Source of the DNA: Trypanosoma brucei
Lineage: Eukaryota
Reading direction: 5' to 3'
Assembly (NCBI GenBank): GCA_000002445.1
Contig: CP000067.1
Span: 672,001 to 736,000 of the forward strand
DNA: 64,000 bases
Part shown: positions 22,735-34,294 of the stretch, in pieces
Numbering within the stretch: the first letter of the stretch is position 1
How the letters are laid out: each line of letters begins with the position of its first letter
The notes under the pieces: model-generated
Seen by the model: the letters and a program-made list of their open reading frames with translations, nothing else
Databases searched by the model: none
Told to the model about the DNA's origin: nothing
Translations under genes and position numbers: made by a program

Positions 22735-25266
22735 ATGAAAGGTGTAGGTACGTGGGAGTCTGCCATGGAGGTAGCGGAAGAGCAGCAGCAGCAGCAAAAA
22801 AAACGTGGTGGCGGCTTTCAGTCGTTCGGTCTTGAAAAACCTCTTCTCGATGGCATTTTGAGACTTGGCTACAACGTGCCAACACCCATTCAGCGCAGAG
22901 CCATACCGCCAATGATGCAGGGAAACGACATTGTTGCCATGGCCCGAACGGGATCGGGAAAAACGGCGGCCTTCCTCATTCCTATGCTTCATTTACTGAA
23001 GGCACACAGCAAAATTGTTGGAGTTCGCGGGCTCATCCTGTCTCCCACGCGTGAGTTAAGCATGCAAATCCTCCGCTTCGGTATTCAGATTAGCAAGTTC
23101 TTGGATCTCCGATTCGTAGCACTTGTTGGGGGTAACTCCTTGGAACAACAGTTTGAGATGTTGGCATCCAACCCAGATATCGTAGTGGCAACACCCGGAC
23201 GTATATTACACATTATGGAGGAGGCTTCACTGCAACTTTCCATGGTGAAATCCATAGTGTTAGACGAGGCTGATCGCTTGTTTGAGCTTGGTCTGCAACC
23301 ACAAATTGTTGCCATTATGCAGAAGATTCCGGAGTCTTGCCAGCGGTCACTTTTCTCTGCAACAATGCCTAGTGTTCTCGCAGAGTTTACCAATGCCGGT
23401 CTCCACAACCCTGTGGTCCTCCGCCTAGATGCGGAAATGAAACTGAGTGATAAACTCAAACAGAGTGCCTTTTTTGTGCGAAATGACGAAAAAATTGCGG
23501 CACTCATTGTGCTGTTGAAGAAAGTGATTGGCATTGAAGCCAGTGACAAAAAGAGCGAAAGTGCGGAGAAGCAGGCCCTTGTATTCGTGGAGTCTAAATT
23601 CCATGTAGACTACCTGGAGGCAATCATGGAGGCTTACCATATCTCTTGCAGCGCCGTACACGGACAGATGGATCAGGAGGGGCGCCGCAATGCCGTTCGT
23701 GCCTTTGCCAAGCGGGAGACGAGTGTTATGATCGTGACAGATGTCGCCGCCCGCGGTTTAGACCTCCCTCTGCTGGACAACGTAGTTAACTTCTCTTTCG
23801 CACCAACACCCAAGTTGTTTGTGCATCGAGTTGGTCGCGTAGCGCGCGCCGGTCGCTCCGGGGCGGCGTACTCTATCCTAACCTTTGAGGACTTCCCCCA
23901 CTACGTAGACCTCATGGCATTTCTTAACCGACCATTGCAATGCCGGAAAGAACCTGGGGACCTTCTCTTTACTGCTGACGACGGCTGCTACGGTCGTATG
24001 CCGGAGGACGCGCTGCAGCTTGAGCTGGATTTCATTCGACGGCTCGTGCAGAACGATGTGGAACTTAAGGGCATGACAAAGGTAGTAGAAAACGCTCATA
24101 AGAAGTTTGCCCGCACAAAGAAGAAGGCTACACACGATGGCATTCAAACGGCGCGGCAGAGTGAATATCAGTTTGATAGTACGCCGCTTCATCCGATATT
24201 TGTGGAACGGTTGGAAAAAAAGGAAATCGCCGCTGACGAGGCGCGTGTTGGGCTGAAACGTTTCAAGGCGAAGGAGTCTCTGTTGGAGATCGTCCATGGA
24301 GAGAAAATGATGGAAATCAAGAAACCAGTTACCGTTCAATCTCTCTGGAGGGAGCAACGACAGAGGGGTGAGGATAAAGAGGGGAGTGAAAAAGTTGACA
24401 CTGGAAGCGATAAAAAGCAGGGAAAGCACGAATCTGAAAACTGTGTTTCAATGGTGGCTCGCAAGAATGGGGCGGTGAAGGGCAGCTCGACTATGGGAAG
24501 AAAGCTTTCACTCGCCGAATCGCTTCTCTTGAAAGCACAGGAGCGGAAGAAGCGTGAAAGAGAGGCAGTCAACGGTGAGGAGAACGATGATGTCGATGGC
24601 ATCACGGTTTTTCCAGCGCGTGCCGCGTACCATAGCAACTCGAGTGCTGGTGCAATCGGCGGTATGGAGTGCAACAGTGACAAGTACCGCGACCGCGAGT
24701 TCTTTATGGAAGACGTCAAGCGCAACACCATTGAAGATGTCCACTACTCGGTAAAGGATGCAACGTTTGACATTGGAGCTGACACAGCACAGGAGGCACA
24801 ACAGCGACGGCAAGTTTACGCTTGGAGCAAGAAGAAGAACCGATACGTTCGCATGAATGTCAACGATGCCAAAGCGCTTCTTCGCGGAGTGAAGAATGAG
24901 GCTGGTAAGGCGGTAAACTTCAAGACAAAGCTGAAGACGTACTCTAAGTGGACCAAAAAGAGCAACCTTCGCATTCAGGACGCTGGTGAGGAGGAAGATC
25001 TCGGGCCACTGCGCCAAGCACGCGATGCGCAGCGGCAAAATGAACGGGGAGTAGGAGATGAGGATGATGGATTCGATGAGACGGAGGAAGTGGACATCAG
25101 TAACCCTAATCAAGGAAAGAAACTGCGGATTGGACGGAAGCTGCGCCGGCTTCCAAAGGATGGTCATGTGCGTACTTTCGAGGAAATGGCTCTCATGAAG
25201 AGAAAGGCGGCAAAGGAGAAGGCACGGTTGGAGCGCAAAAAGCAGAAAGGTAAACGAAAAAGGTGA
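22735..25266 (+). CDS. DBP10: ATP-dependent DEAD-box RNA helicase, an orthologue of DBP10/DDX54 (nucleolar, 60S ribosome biogenesis)
   Basis: All helicase motifs are present. The Q-motif region GFQSFGLEKPLLDGILRLGYNVPTPIQ matches the DDX54/Dbp10 N-terminus closely. Motif I is AMARTGSGKTAAF, Ia is PTRELSMQ, II is VLDEAD (about 23259-23276) and III is SAT, followed by VTDVAARGLD and motif VI HRVGRVARAGRSG. A long basic C-terminal extension (KKRGKRKR) is typical of the DBP10 C-terminal domain. Confidence 0.88.
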   Translation: MKGVGTWESAMEVAEEQQQQQKKRGGGFQSFGLEKPLLDGILRLGYNVPTPIQRRAIPPMMQGNDIVAMARTGSGKTAAFLIPMLHLLKAHSKIVGVRGLILSPTRELSMQILRFGIQISKFLDLRFVALVGGNSLEQQFEMLASNPDIVVATPGRILHIMEEASLQLSMVKSIVLDEADRLFELGLQPQIVAIMQKIPESCQRSLFSATMPSVLAEFTNAGLHNPVVLRLDAEMKLSDKLKQSAFFVRNDEKIAALIVLLKKVIGIEASDKKSESAEKQALVFVESKFHVDYLEAIMEAYHISCSAVHGQMDQEGRRNAVRAFAKRETSVMIVTDVAARGLDLPLLDNVVNFSFAPTPKLFVHRVGRVARAGRSGAAYSILTFEDFPHYVDLMAFLNRPLQCRKEPGDLLFTADDGCYGRMPEDALQLELDFIRRLVQNDVELKGMTKVVENAHKKFARTKKKATHDGIQTARQSEYQFDSTPLHPIFVERLEKKEIAADEARVGLKRFKAKESLLEIVHGEKMMEIKKPVTVQSLWREQRQRGEDKEGSEKVDTGSDKKQGKHESENCVSMVARKNGAVKGSSTMGRKLSLAESLLLKAQERKKREREAVNGEENDDVDGITVFPARAAYHSNSSAGAIGGMECNSDKYRDREFFMEDVKRNTIEDVHYSVKDATFDIGADTAQEAQQRRQVYAWSKKKNRYVRMNVNDAKALLRGVKNEAGKAVNFKTKLKTYSKWTKKSNLRIQDAGEEEDLGPLRQARDAQRQNERGVGDEDDGFDETEEVDISNPNQGKKLRIGRKLRRLPKDGHVRTFEEMALMKRKAAKEKARLERKKQKGKRKR

Positions 25267-25917
25267 GGCTGATATTCGTGGACGGCTGCACTTTACTTCT
25301 TCTCTTTGCGTGGGTGAGTGGGAAGGATGCGGTTCACTGTTTCTCACAGCAACACGGAAAGCGTTTTGCGCAGAAATATCATGCAACATGCCTAGTCATT
25401 ATTTTTCAATACGTGTAAAAGGGGGAATAATGCCCCTATAAATCTTTTTTCTTTTTTTTTATTGTTTACTCTCTCCCTCCCCCTGTGCAGGAGGCTGATG
25501 CCTCATCCAACTTTTCACTTTGTACGTGAGGGTCCCCCTCATCTCTGATACGTGAATAACGCACTGTTACACTTGGGAGAGGAAGTTGAGTGTAGTAATA
25601 ATCCTGTTTGTATAGCAACAGTAACAAAAAAGAAAGTGGGTGCTCGTTGTTTCGGATCCCTTCAACCATACGGCTGCAAGGGAATGTTGTTAGCTGAAAA
25701 TAATTGAAATTGTATCGACTATTGCCTGAATGAATTACAGTTTACACGCTCTCTATCTATCTCTATTTTATTTTTTTTTGTACTATTATTTGCCTTGTTT
25801 GTCAACAATTTTCTGCTTTCTGTTGTTGGATTTTGTCCACCACGAAAACTTTCGTACCACAATACCTGTCCTGAAACAAAAAAAAAAAGCTGTACATATC
25901 ACCAAGTTAAGTTACTC

Positions 25918-28900
25918 ATGTACGGCGTCACCCATCCGCGGCAAGGGAACGGCGGCCAAAAACGAAAACAGAAGAGGCCGATGGATCAAGCTGCAGCGAC
26001 TGGGCCGCCTGTTCTTTTACCTTCCATTAAAACGGACGCACGTAGCGTTGTGGAGGCAAGGAACTTCGATGTAATGTGCGGGGCAGAGATAACAACGGCC
26101 ACTGAACAGAAGTATAGGAACACCGGTTCGATGAGTGGTGGTGTCCTGGGGTTGGACTCATCTCCAGAGACAATATTGAATATGAACAAGGAGGCTATGT
26201 CGCTTCTAAATAAAGGTAAGATGGGCGCTTGCGAAGACGTGTTGCAGACGGCGTTGCAACTAGCGGAATCAGGGGTGCAGAACTGCCGTCATGCCATCAT
26301 GATGTCGGCTGACCCAACAAAGCAGGAGGAACTTGAGGCGTGGCAGCTTGTCTTCGCAACAACACTAAGCAACATGGGTTCCGTCCAACGTCGCGTTGAT
26401 CAACCACAGGACGCCTTGCGGTATCTGCAAGATGCGTGCGGCGTAGAGGAAGAAGTTTTTGGACAGCCAACCTGCTCCACACTATTGAATCTCTCAACTG
26501 TAATGCTAAACCTCGGGTTATTTGACGACGCACTGAACATGGCACGTAACTGCGCCAGTACAGCCGAGGGTGGAGACCCTTTACTCCACATCATCGCGCT
26601 GCATAACTATGGTATAGCGTTACGAAGTCATCCGTCAAGTGAAATGAAGCAGTCTGCCGCACCGGTTCTTATGAAAGCGTTGCGCGAGGCGGAGTCAAAC
26701 TTAGGCAAGGACCACCCCACAACCCTTATCATCCGCCAACGATGCGGCATGGCAGCCGCAACACCAGCACGAACGTCAACACCTGGAAGGTCTGTTAGAA
26801 CGCCACTACAGCAACGCAGATCGGGGAGTTCGGGCGCCAAGAGTAGTGTCAGTTCTGGATATTCAGTTAAACAAAGGAGAAAGCAGGGTTCTGGAAGCCG
26901 CACAAGTCGCGGTAACTCTACTTCAGGCAAGCGCAAGAGTGCCACGGGGCAGAAAGGTTCCACTCTCCCACCGGTCGGTCAAGCACCCGTTGACCGACTG
27001 CGGGTGAAGCAAGCCATACAAAGACTGGATTATGGTGAGATAAAGAAGGTAGTAACGACGAAAATGGAAGAGTGCGAATCAACTCCGTCAGCGGTGTCAT
27101 CCGAGACTGACGAAGAACCAGTCACGCCTCGACCCTCCGCTCCCCCTTCGCATCTTCCACCTCCGCTCCCGCCCATCGCCGTGCAGGAAATGAGCGTGTC
27201 AACACACAACTCACAGAAATGTTCGGATGCCTCCCCTTTCACGCCCATTTTTGCGGTGCTAAACGACAATGTGATGAGCCTTGGATCGGCAAGTGGTGAC
27301 AAATCTGCCTTTTCCAACGAAATGGTGTGGAGGTGGCAACCACCAGTTGAAGTGGTGGAAGCTGCGGTGCCGTCTCTGCGGGAGACTCAGGAGGAAGCCC
27401 CAACTTCGAAAGTCGAGGCAACCGCAACCCCGCCTGCTGTTCCTGCGGCTAATGAAGAGGAAAAAGTGGTGCCAACGATCAAAAATGAGGAAAGGAAGGA
27501 AGAGATGATTCAGAAGCAAAGTAGAGCCAGCAGCATCAGACATTTAAACAAGCGAGGTAGCATGCGCCGTGGAAAAGAGAGAAGGAACGAAGAACGGGAC
27601 AGTGATGTGCGAAACAGAAGCACCGGAAGTAAAAAGTCCTCGAAACTCGGTTGTTGTGGCGGATATATCAATCTATGTGAAAGCTTCTCTGAGGGGAGGC
27701 CCTCATTCCTTCATTTTGGCGATCAGGAAGCTGCTCCACACGCTGCTGTGTCTGCAACTGAACCAATGCAACACCAGTTCCCCGGTAGTGTGGGTCCCAC
27801 CAACGATCCTGTTTCGCGAAGGGAACAGAGAAGGAGGGAAAGACTTCTTTTGGGTTTTGATGATTTCGATGACATTGACATCGACGAAGAAGAAGAGGAA
27901 GAGGAGGAGGAAGAAGAGGAAGAGGAAGAAGAAAAAAAAGAAAGGGAGAAACAGCGGGACGCGAAGGAAAGAGGTGAGGGAACTCCCGGTAGGTTCGCGG
28001 TTGGCGATGCGGAGCAAAAAGGTGAAAAAAAGAGGATGGGAATCAGCAAAATTATCGGAACTAGTCCAGCGGTGCGTCGCCTGCAGCGTATTGAAAAGGA
28101 GAAGCAAGAAGAAGAGGCTCTCCGAGCGCGTTGGGAGAGAGAAGCCGCAGAGCGAGCAAAGAAAGAAATTTTTGAGCGCTCACTAGAAAAAATTGTCCAC
28201 CGCACGAGAGTACGAGCAGCCACCACTATCCAATTGGTCTGGATTGAGTGGTGGGAGAACATCGGCAAACGAAGGCGCGAGTTGTTGAACAAGCGGGCAG
28301 CCGATAGGGAAAGAAGGGAAAGGTTGCGGCTGGCACTTCTCGACTACGAAAGCCGTCTCGCACAGCAGCAAAGCAAGAAAGCAGCCCCAGCGGTCGTTGA
28401 GGTCGGTATTCCATCGGTCATTAAGTGTGTAAAGAGGTGGATGGAAAAAACAGCGTGTATTATTTATGCTGTGCAAAAGGGTTTGCGGCGTGAGGAACGA
28501 GACAACAACTTTTTCCGTTCAATGATTGTCAAAATACAGTCAGCTTGGCGGCGCATCCAAGCCAAGCGGCGTTCACGGGAAATTGCGATTACACGGGATC
28601 AGAGGCGAGCAGAAACTCTGGAAAGAGAACCTCAGGAGTATGCCGCTCTTGTCATTCAAAAGTTCGTCCGATGTGCCTTTGCGAGGCAAAAAAGGAAGCA
28701 GCTTAGAACAGAGCGCTACAGACCAGCAGTGATCAAGGTTCAGCGGTGGTTCCGCCAAACATATGCTCGCGCCCGAATGCGTGGCACCGACGTTGTGTCT
28801 TGCTGGAGAAGGAAGTACTCTGCGCGCCTTATTCAAAGGGCGTGGCGGGGGTATCTCGGTCGCCTCAACGATGCAATGAATAATCTTCGCTTCAAGCTGA

Positions 28901-29742
28901 ACGAGACCCGCCGACGGGAACGCGAGGCGGCCACGACGATTCAACGTGTTGGCCGCGGGCATCTCTTGAGATGTCAGGTAGCAAAACGTGCGAAAGATAT
29001 TGATCGCATTTACTCGACCATGCGCTTTTTAGAGTTGAAGGCTACGGATGGGGTGGAGGAACAACAGCCGCTGTCTACGCATGCCACGCTCCCCGCTTAC
29101 CTTCCCTCCGATGCCGAGGAGGTGGCTCGCGTCGCCGAGCTGGAGCGGGAAAAGTATCATATCGGGATGTTTGTGGAGGAGGTGGCGAAGCGCGAGCGGG
29201 AGGCGTGGAGCGATGCGCTTCGCTTCCGTCCGTTTGAGGTGCAGCGGCGCCGCGCCGGTGAGGATCTTTTGTGCCAGTTAGAATTCAACGTTTACCGACG
29301 AGAGAGGGCTGCAACGAAGATTCAGCGGGAGTTCCGAGCTTGGCGTCGGGTACGTCACGACGTCCTTCGCGATAAGACACTCCTCATGAAAGGGCGGGGT
29401 GACTACATGCAAAACTTCTTTGACAATAAGGTTCAGAAGATGTTACACAGGAGGCGGTATGAAGGAGGAAAGGAACTCTACGGTGATCACGCCCGCCCCA
29501 TGCGGGAAATGAAAGAAGAGGCGCAAAGTGAGCTGCAGGAGCTCTGCCCGCTGGTGCGCACACACGCCCATCCGACCGAATTGCGAACCCGTGAGGAACG
29601 ATGCAAAGCGGAAGAAGAATTGCTACATGACGAAGAACTCGTGGCGAGCGAGCAGGTGTCGGATTGGCTCAACTTCAGGAGAGAGACGCTTATGAATCGG
29701 TTTAGGGAAGAGGTAAGTAGTGCCCGCGGCTCTTGCTTCTAG
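25918..29742 (+). CDS. TPR-repeat plus IQ-motif (calmodulin-binding) protein with a poly-Glu tract
   Basis: The track start 25795 is TTG and the first ATG is 25918. The N-terminal third has kinesin-light-chain-like TPR signatures ([30 protein letters not shown]). The C-terminal third has at least six IQ motifs ([84 protein letters not shown]) between about 28540 and 29350. An E18 run is encoded by a (GAA/GAG)n tract at about 27886-27950. Confidence 0.75.
   Translation: [1274 protein letters not shown]
27886..27950 (+). repeat. Coding (GAA/GAG)n trinucleotide repeat that encodes a poly-Glu run within the TPR/IQ gene
   Basis: gaagaagaagaggaagaggaggaggaagaagaggaagaggaagaagaaaaaaaag translates to [20 protein letters not shown]. 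Confidence 0.9.
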
Positions 29743-30633
29743 CTGAACTAAAGATTGGGGTGTAGGGCGTGGACTCCGTGTGTGAGAAAATATGTACGTA
29801 TATTCGTGAGTTACGTACACGTGAAATGAAAACGGTTTCGTGCTGCTACACCCAATTTAAGGTCGAGGTTTCGCACAGCGAAGTTGTTGAAGTTCACACC
29901 AAATCCATTAGAGATGAGTCCACATCCCCAAAGTAAGGTGCTCACTGTTGTTGTTGTTGATGTCGTGCGAGGATTAGTGACAAGGGTTGTGTTTGCTCTG
30001 ATGGGGATCACTGAGAGAAAGGAAGTGAATTCCCCAAGTGGCATGTACAGAAATAAATTCTTTGAAAACAAGAAAAAGGGGAAAAGGACTTGTTTAAGAG
30101 AAGTGAAAGGTTGACAAGGGGGGTGCTCCTTTTACCCCTTTCTTTTTTTCCCCATTAACAGGTTGGCAGAAAACTGTATGTCCCGTTGTGTGTGATTTTT
30201 TGACCATCCCCCATTTTCGAGTAGATTTCTCACGTTTTTTTTTTTACTCACACCACTTGCTGCCAATCTCCCTTTTTCATATGTATTGTCTAGTGTTTTA
30301 TCCGTGACACTCAGATGTGGGGTGTGGAAGTTGCTGTAAAGGCAGAAAGAAGTCGCTTTCAGTTTATGTGTATGTTTGTGACCTTTCTCCCCTTTTGTAC
30401 TTCTGTGATTTTGTCACTACATCACAAGTGATGGAGTTAGATACTGTTGCCACATTCTTCGCCCTTTCCCAAAGGGATTTTTGTTATTTTTGCTCAATCG
30501 GGATGTGAAGCTCCCCCACGAACAAACAAGCTATGTTTGTGCACCCTTGACTTTACTTTTCTTTTGTAATCATCTTGTTTCGTTTACACCTTCACATACA
30601 TGCATATATAACTTCGTAACGCAGTTTAGGAGC

Positions 30634-32262
30634 ATGATTCGGGATGCAGAGTTTTGGATAGAAGCGCGGCGGTTGAGCAATCGCGGGAACTCCATCTTTA
30701 CTACGCTACTTCCGCTTCTGCATTCTCGTCAGTTAGCTCTGGACTCTGGTGTGCAGGTAAATGAGATCAATCCCGCATGCAAAGAGGTTCCTTTGACAGA
30801 AAATTTGCAAAGGAAGGAGCCATACGAGGAAAATAAAACCCTTCAGCTGCCCAGCGCCACCGCACCACGGGGTTCGGTATCGGAGAGCACATTACGCGTA
30901 CTACAGCAGGCTATGATGTTTGCTGTCCCCATGTATGCCTTACGGTATCAAGTAACTGGAATGTCAATGAGTTCCAAGACAAGTGCAGTAGTAGATCGGG
31001 AAACGAAACAGGTGGCCACATTCGGAGCAGGGGACGGTGTACATATCCCGAATAATATTCGATGCCGCGGCTGCGCAGCAGGCGACAATTTCTTCGCAGT
31101 ACTGACCGACCAGGAGGAAGTGTGGGCCTCCGGTGGGCTGCATGTGCTGACGTGTGATGAAGGCACATTAACCGCCTCCCCACTCGGTAAATCCAATGAA
31201 ATGAAAAAAGTAGCATCCAAAGCCCTAATGGTGGTAGGAAACGGGCAGCGACTGTCGTGCCTTACCGAGTCTCTTTCGGTGCAGCCACTGTCAGTTGTAT
31301 TGAATCCGGTAACATCTATTTTCCCCTTTAGACGCATACGTTTCATGGACATGGGATATGGTGATGATTGCTATATGGTGGGAATGGATTCCGTGCTGTA
31401 CAAAACTGTTGTGTCGAGCCGTACGCTAGGAACGCCGCGGCGCATTATGACACTATCCCGAACCACTGTATCGCGTGTAGCAAGCGGTTCGGGTTTTTAT
31501 GTTTTTATTGATGAGAATGGGCAGTTGTACACCATTGGATGCAACAACAAAGGTCAGTTGGGTAATGGACAGAAGCAGCACGCGCGGCGAAGACCTTTTC
31601 TTCACCAGTCGTTGCGGCACCACTACTTTGTTATGGCCGCTGCAGGTAGTGGACACTCCTTAGCTCTAACTAGTAGTGGCATGGTGTATGGAGCGGGTAA
31701 CAATGAAAGTGGACAGTTGGGATTAGGCGAGCACGTGACTGAAGTGCTAACCTTCACTCCCATTCCTCTTCCTGCCAAGTGCACGGGAATTGCAGCAGGT
31801 CCCAAAGGCAGCATGTTTGCATGTGCCAACGGTTGCGTGTATACATGTGGTGCCAACGACCTAAGGCAACTTGGTTTGGATGTGGATGACCCGGTTGTTT
31901 ATAGACCGATGCCAATGCCTGCAGTCACATCAGGGGTGGAGGCATATTACATGGATTTTGGAGCGTATAGAAGCCCACCGGTGGCGGTTCTTAGGTCATT
32001 TTGCTCGTCAATTCCATCACTGGATGTCAGTGATTTGGATAAACCGGAGGTGTTGCCAAAACCCGTGTCGTCAACAGTGTCGGTTGTCTCTGAAGAAGTT
32101 CCGGATACGCCGCAGTTGCCTTCACCATTGCTTCCGGAGGATGGCGTGGAGAACCTTCCGGAACCTTCCGTAAACCACCATCCTTCGAAACGAAGGGAAA
32201 GAAAAGAGATAAAGGAAGAAAGGGAGAAGCAAAGCTGTGGAAAGTGTTGTGTGGTGTTATAG
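30634..32262 (+). CDS. RCC1 (regulator of chromosome condensation)-like beta-propeller repeat protein
   Basis: The track start 30481 is TTG and the first ATG is 30634. Repeated RCC1 signatures are present: GCNNKGQLGNGQ (about 31545-31575), GAGNNESGQLGLGEH (about 31690-31735), and CGANDLRQLGL, with GSGHSLALTSSGMVYGAG between repeats. Confidence 0.75.
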   Translation: MIRDAEFWIEARRLSNRGNSIFTTLLPLLHSRQLALDSGVQVNEINPACKEVPLTENLQRKEPYEENKTLQLPSATAPRGSVSESTLRVLQQAMMFAVPMYALRYQVTGMSMSSKTSAVVDRETKQVATFGAGDGVHIPNNIRCRGCAAGDNFFAVLTDQEEVWASGGLHVLTCDEGTLTASPLGKSNEMKKVASKALMVVGNGQRLSCLTESLSVQPLSVVLNPVTSIFPFRRIRFMDMGYGDDCYMVGMDSVLYKTVVSSRTLGTPRRIMTLSRTTVSRVASGSGFYVFIDENGQLYTIGCNNKGQLGNGQKQHARRRPFLHQSLRHHYFVMAAAGSGHSLALTSSGMVYGAGNNESGQLGLGEHVTEVLTFTPIPLPAKCTGIAAGPKGSMFACANGCVYTCGANDLRQLGLDVDDPVVYRPMPMPAVTSGVEAYYMDFGAYRSPPVAVLRSFCSSIPSLDVSDLDKPEVLPKPVSSTVSVVSEEVPDTPQLPSPLLPEDGVENLPEPSVNHHPSKRRERKEIKEEREKQSCGKCCVVL

Positions 32263-33474
32263 ACATATTTCCCCTCTGTGTCCTCTCAATTCTTCCCATA
32301 CGCACACGTGTATTACTTCCCTACACATTTTGACGTACGATATCCCTTTAATTATAATTTCCCCCTCCCCTTCCGCTTCGTCCTCATTCTTCCATTCCAT
32401 TAGGTACATGCAAAGGGATTCCTTTTTTGTTTGTTTGTTTTTGCGTTTGTGTGTCTTTGAATTTGTTTGATTTGTTACTGTTGCTGTTAGTAGTGATTAT
32501 GGGTGGTGGCCAAAACACGTTTGCTGTTATTGAGAGTGGCTATGGTTGTTTTGTTTTGTTTTCACTTCCTTTTTCATTCAGTATTTTAGACGCCTATGCA
32601 AGACTTTCTTTTCCCATTTTTTTTCTCCTTAATTTTTCCCGTTTTCGCTTTCCTCATGCAGAGTTCCTCTGCATTGTGACGATGTTTGTTTCCACACAGA
32701 GACACACATAAACAGACACGTGAGAAAAATTAAAAAGGAATATATATATATATATATATTCCTGTCCTTTTGATACCTTTCTATTTTCTTTTGTTTCGTT
32801 TGCATTTCCTTTCGGATTGCCTGAAAGCTCAGTTGTTTTTCAACATGAACCCCTTCATTGTTTCTGTCGTCGCTTGTTTCCTCCTTCCCACACCCATTTT
32901 CCTCCACTTCCTCATCAAAATTGAGCTTTTTAGAAAATAAATATATTTATTTTTATATGTATAATTAATAAATGCAAGAGTTTAGGCACTTAACTTTATG
33001 TATTTTTTTTCAATTTTTTTATTTTTGGAAAAAAAATATCATGTTTCACCTTGACATGTGTTTTATTATCGAATAATAAGTGTTAAATTTTTAACAAGAG
33101 TGCAGGATGCGATGGCGGTTTGTTATTTTCTTCCTTTCAGCAAAAAAAAAAGTCTACCGCCCACGATGGTATCGTCCGAAATTTTTTTTCTTTTCCTTCC
33201 TCTCTTTTTTTACCTCCACAAAAGTGGTGAGTGTTTTAATAAGATAACACGAAAAAAAAAGGGGGGGCGGAAAGTTAACGGAGGCAATTAAAAGGAAGAT
33301 GATTTTTTTTTTTTAAAGAGAAAAGAAAAATGTTTTGAAACAAAATAGAGAGGCGAATGGAGGGAAGGGAAAAGGAATAGTCGCGACACAAATTAAAGGT
33401 GAGAGAAAGAAAAATTTCAGGTATACAGAGAGTTACGCCTATACTTATATATTTATATAAATGTATGTATATAT

Positions 33475-33476
<2 letters not shown>

Positions 33477-33524
<48 letters not shown>

Positions 33525-33545
33525 ATGTGTGTGTATGTGTGTGTT
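33477..33545. repeat. Compound microsatellite (AT)n followed by an imperfect (GT)n
   Basis: atatatat...(about 19 units) then gtgtgtgtgtatgtgtgtgtatgtgtgtgt. Confidence 0.9.
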
Positions 33546-34294
33546 GTTTGATGTTGTACAGTTGCGCAGACTAAATTGGTGGGAATAGTTACGATGATGA
33601 TGATGATGAAGATAGTAATAATAAATGATGATCATTGACGCAGTGACCGCCGCTTGCCTTTTCAAGGCTCCCATTTCAGTTTTTTTGTCACGTTTGTTTG
33701 TTTTTTTTTTTCATTGTTCATTCAGTGGTTGGTGTTTTCTTTTTATTATTTTCCTTAGTGGTGGTGCTGTGCGGGCCGTTGTGTCACTTTCATGTGAGCA
33801 CGCCAAGTCGGCAACGTTGCGCGACCTTCAATTATAACCCGAAGGAATGGATTGAAATGAAACGAAATGAAGCAAATAAATAATTCAGTACATGAGTAAG
33901 TGAATGACTGGAAAAGCAAAGAGGTATTAACGTCAACGCCAACAAGAAAAAAAATGAAGAAATCAAACAATCGAAAAAGGAAAAAAAAGGGAAAAAAAGA
34001 GGAAAGGCAGTGTTTATTGCTGGGAAATGAAATATAAGGAGGTGATAGGGGGGGGGAATCACGTTTAAAATAAAAATAACATCTGTAGGAGTTTTATTTG
34101 CATGTATTTGTATAGGGAAGCAAAAAAGGAGGGGAAAAGGGAAGAAAGCCGTGTGGTGACGCGATTACCACATTGTGTCCAGGTAGAGTGCACATTACAT
34201 AAACAAACGTTTAAAAAAAACAGGGAGAGGAAGCGAAAACAAACGGAACAAGCAAAAAAAAGAGAATGCGAATAGTAACAATTCAAACGCAGGG

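Noticed and set aside
24508-25389. 293-aa ORF on the minus strand
   Set aside because: It lies entirely antisense to the well-supported DEAD-box helicase CDS. It is a shadow ORF, and Ser/Leu/Pro-rich composition is typical of antisense frames.
33590-33650. ATGATGA-containing stretch considered as a C/D-box snoRNA (C box)
   Set aside because: The ATGATGA is part of a (GAT)5 microsatellite. There is no appropriately spaced CTGA D box or terminal stem. I also found no convincing C/D or H/ACA candidates elsewhere by eye, and prediction software would be needed.
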